From Candidatus Micrarchaeota archaeon (GTDB lineage: Archaea > Micrarchaeota > Micrarchaeia > Micrarchaeales > Micrarchaeaceae): DNA of 55,994 bases. Location of the stretch: NCBI GenBank assembly GCA_021812105.1, contig JAKAOQ010000001.1, forward strand, positions 1 through 55,994, in the 5' to 3' direction. Positions 54,500 through 55,994 of this stretch are shown here, in pieces (position 1 is the stretch's first letter; every line of letters starts with the position of its first letter). The translations under genes were made by a program, and so were the position numbers. The notes below the pieces were generated by a model. That model searched no databases. It worked only from the letters and a program-made list of their open reading frames with translations, and was not told the origin of the DNA.

Positions 54500-55675
54500 T
54501 CAGAACCTGCCTACTGGAACCTCCGCCTGCTGGTACGATCTTGCAGGGATTAGCGACTCCTCGGCTTCGTACGTTTCGCGCGAGAGCAGCAACAGTACAA
54601 GCGCCGCGAAAGATACCAGGCTTATCGCTATCGTATATACCGCTCCACTGCTTATGTAGCTGTAGCTGAACAGTATCGTACTGAATGCCCCCACCAGCGA
54701 CCCTACCATAAACCCCTTGTCGGAGTGCACGAATATGAGGATTCCAGCAATGATGCTGAACAGCGCTAGGAAGAATCCGAGTAACGCAGAGGTGTAGGCG
54801 TAGTTAAGCTGGGCGATAAACGAAAAGAATCCGATCTTGTTGGCGTAATTCGTTATGTACGCTACCTGGCCTATTGCCGAGAATACAAAAACTACGAAAG
54901 CGATGATGAACAGCAGCGCTGAGAGCATGCTGAGCCTGTTGTACCTTACGGTGGTTTCAACACCGGCTCCCGTTGATACCTTGTCTATGTCCTCAAGGCA
55001 GTAGTAGTTGTTCTTGTACTCTATTATGTCCTCGTAGCAGAAGGGCCTGTTGCAGTAGTTGCAGAGTGCGTAGGCGGGTCTCCACGGATGCCATACGCAG
55101 GACTTGCCCTTGGCCGCGTCCCTGCTCTGTTCCTCGGTACGCGATATGGTTGACTTCTTTACGGGGCCGCCTCCGTGCGCGAACTCACCGGATATTATTG
55201 ACTCTATTTCCTCTTCGCTGGGCTGCAGCGACGAGTATATGCTTTCCACGCTTTCGGTCGGAGGAGACTCACGAACGGGTTGGACCACTGATTCGCGGTT
55301 TATCTCCTGCTCCGCTGCAGGCTGCTTCGGTTGCGGATTTGGTTGAGGCTTTGGCTGCTGCCTTACCACCGCCTTTTCCTGCGGCTTAGGCGCCAGCATC
55401 GCCTGGGGCTGCTGGACAACCTTGGGTTTTGCAGTTTGAATCTCTTTTGGCTGCTGGGCGACTTCCGCTTTTGCGGTTGGAACCTCTTTCGGCTGCTGCA
55501 CCACTTCCGGTTTAGCGATAGGGGTCTCCTTTGGCTGTGGAGCGGGCTTTTGCACCTCGGGCGACTGCTTCTTCTGCGCCTGCACAGGCTTCTCCTTCAC
55601 GGCCTTCTTCATTTTCTTCTCTGACTTCTCTTCGCGCTCCTTGAATATCAGCAGGTCATCAGGGTTCAGAGCCAT
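54500..55675 (-). CDS. Membrane protein with an N-terminal P/Q/K-rich tandem-repeat region, a Cys/His zinc-finger-like motif and four C-terminal TM helices
   Basis: Repeats KPEVVQQPKEVPTA / KAEVAQQPKEIQTA / KPKVVQQPQAMLA, then CVWHPWRPAYALCNYCNRPFCYEDIIEYKNNYYC (B-box-like), then hydrophobic helices. Confidence 0.6.
   Translation of the reverse strand: MALNPDDLLIFKEREEKSEKKMKKAVKEKPVQAQKKQSPEVQKPAPQPKETPIAKPEVVQQPKEVPTAKAEVAQQPKEIQTAKPKVVQQPQAMLAPKPQEKAVVRQQPKPQPNPQPKQPAAEQEINRESVVQPVRESPPTESVESIYSSLQPSEEEIESIISGEFAHGGGPVKKSTISRTEEQSRDAAKGKSCVWHPWRPAYALCNYCNRPFCYEDIIEYKNNYYCLEDIDKVSTGAGVETTVRYNRLSMLSALLFIIAFVVFVFSAIGQVAYITNYANKIGFFSFIAQLNYAYTSALLGFFLALFSIIAGILIFVHSDKGFMVGSLVGAFSTILFSYSYISSGAVYTIAISLVSFAALVLLLLSRETYEAEESLIPARSYQQAEVPVGRF
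55409..55534 (-). repeat. Three tandem copies of a 42-bp (14-codon) coding repeat, with degenerate copies on both sides
   Basis: + strand units: CTGCTGGACAACCTTGGGTTTTGCAGTTTGAATCTCTTTTGG, CTGCTGGGCGACTTCCGCTTTTGCGGTTGGAACCTCTTTCGG, CTGCTGCACCACTTCCGGTTTAGCGATAGGGGTCTCCTTTGG. Confidence 0.8.
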
Positions 55676-55680
55676 TCGGT

Positions 55681-55923
55681 CTACACCGTTTCCTCTCTGC
55701 GTTTAGCCGCCAAGCGCTTCTTCTTCTCGAATATTCCTCTGTGCTTTGCGCAGCTTATGCAGTAGTAAAGCTTCTGCCTTTCAAAGAACCTTATGTCGTT
55801 CGCGTCGTGGGTATCGGTGCTCAGGCTTATCCCGCGCTCGAATACCACGGCTTTGTTTCTTGGAATCTTCCTTCCGCAAGAACTGCATACTACAAGAGTA
55901 GATCTTCCTCGCAAGTTAAACAC
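55681..55923 (-). CDS. rps26e: Ribosomal protein S26e
   Basis: VVCSSCGRKIPRNKAVVFE...KLYYCISCAKHRGIFEKKKR matches the eS26 pattern (V.C..CgR.vP+DKAi ... YC.SCA.H..iv..R). GTG start, with T-rich TATA-like boxes upstream. Confidence 0.75.
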   Translation of the reverse strand: MFNLRGRSTLVVCSSCGRKIPRNKAVVFERGISLSTDTHDANDIRFFERQKLYYCISCAKHRGIFEKKKRLAAKRREETV

Positions 55924-55994
55924 CTGATAGCTTTTACGATAAAAAAGATTAAAAAGGATTGTGAGTTATGCGAGCGTAGCCGTTTCCGCCAGTC

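Noticed and set aside
1-55994. Search for CRISPR arrays, rRNA genes, RNase P or SRP RNA, inteins in PolD/CDC48/IleRS, and frameshifted pseudogenes
   Set aside because: No regularly spaced direct repeats were found. No long GC-rich structured non-coding gaps exist; all gaps of 280 bp or more are AT-rich. The large conserved proteins have uninterrupted motifs and normal lengths.

Overview
Archaeal chromosomal segment, densely coding on both strands, mid-range GC by eye. All family calls rest on motif recognition in the supplied or hand-made translations; no searches were run. Core archaeal genes: PolD small and large subunits (DP1/DP2), GatD/GatE, IleRS, TrpRS, CDC48/VCP, aIF2-gamma, ribosomal proteins S6e, L40e (missed by the ORF track) and S26e, Alba, adjacent unfused Kae1 and Bud32, an NreA-like protein, and UPF0147. 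There are three tRNA genes, two of them with 41-42 nt introns at the canonical 37/38 site. PolD argues against Crenarchaeota; a small-genome DPANN/Micrarchaeota-like or Thermoplasmata-like archaeon is only a guess. Accessory content: a truncated IS200/IS605-type tnpB next to tRNA-Met; scattered glycosylation genes (GT-C-like membrane protein, GT2, a GT4-FkbM-sulfatase operon, MOP flippase); two AlkA-like HhH-GPD glycosylases; an RHH-MNT/HEPN toxin-antitoxin pair; two DMT permeases; a single-HKD PLD-like protein with a transmembrane insertion; a KaiC/RecA-like ATPase with Walker A Lys replaced by Ala; and an oversized HMG-CoA-synthase-like protein. The best candidate for an undescribed system is a module present twice (3439-5549 and 39308-40904). 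Each copy has a tandem Lrp/AsnC-like regulator transcribed divergently from a ~100-aa RAM/ACT-like protein plus a conserved unannotated microprotein of 46 or 54 aa. No CRISPR array, rRNA gene or obvious pseudogene was seen.
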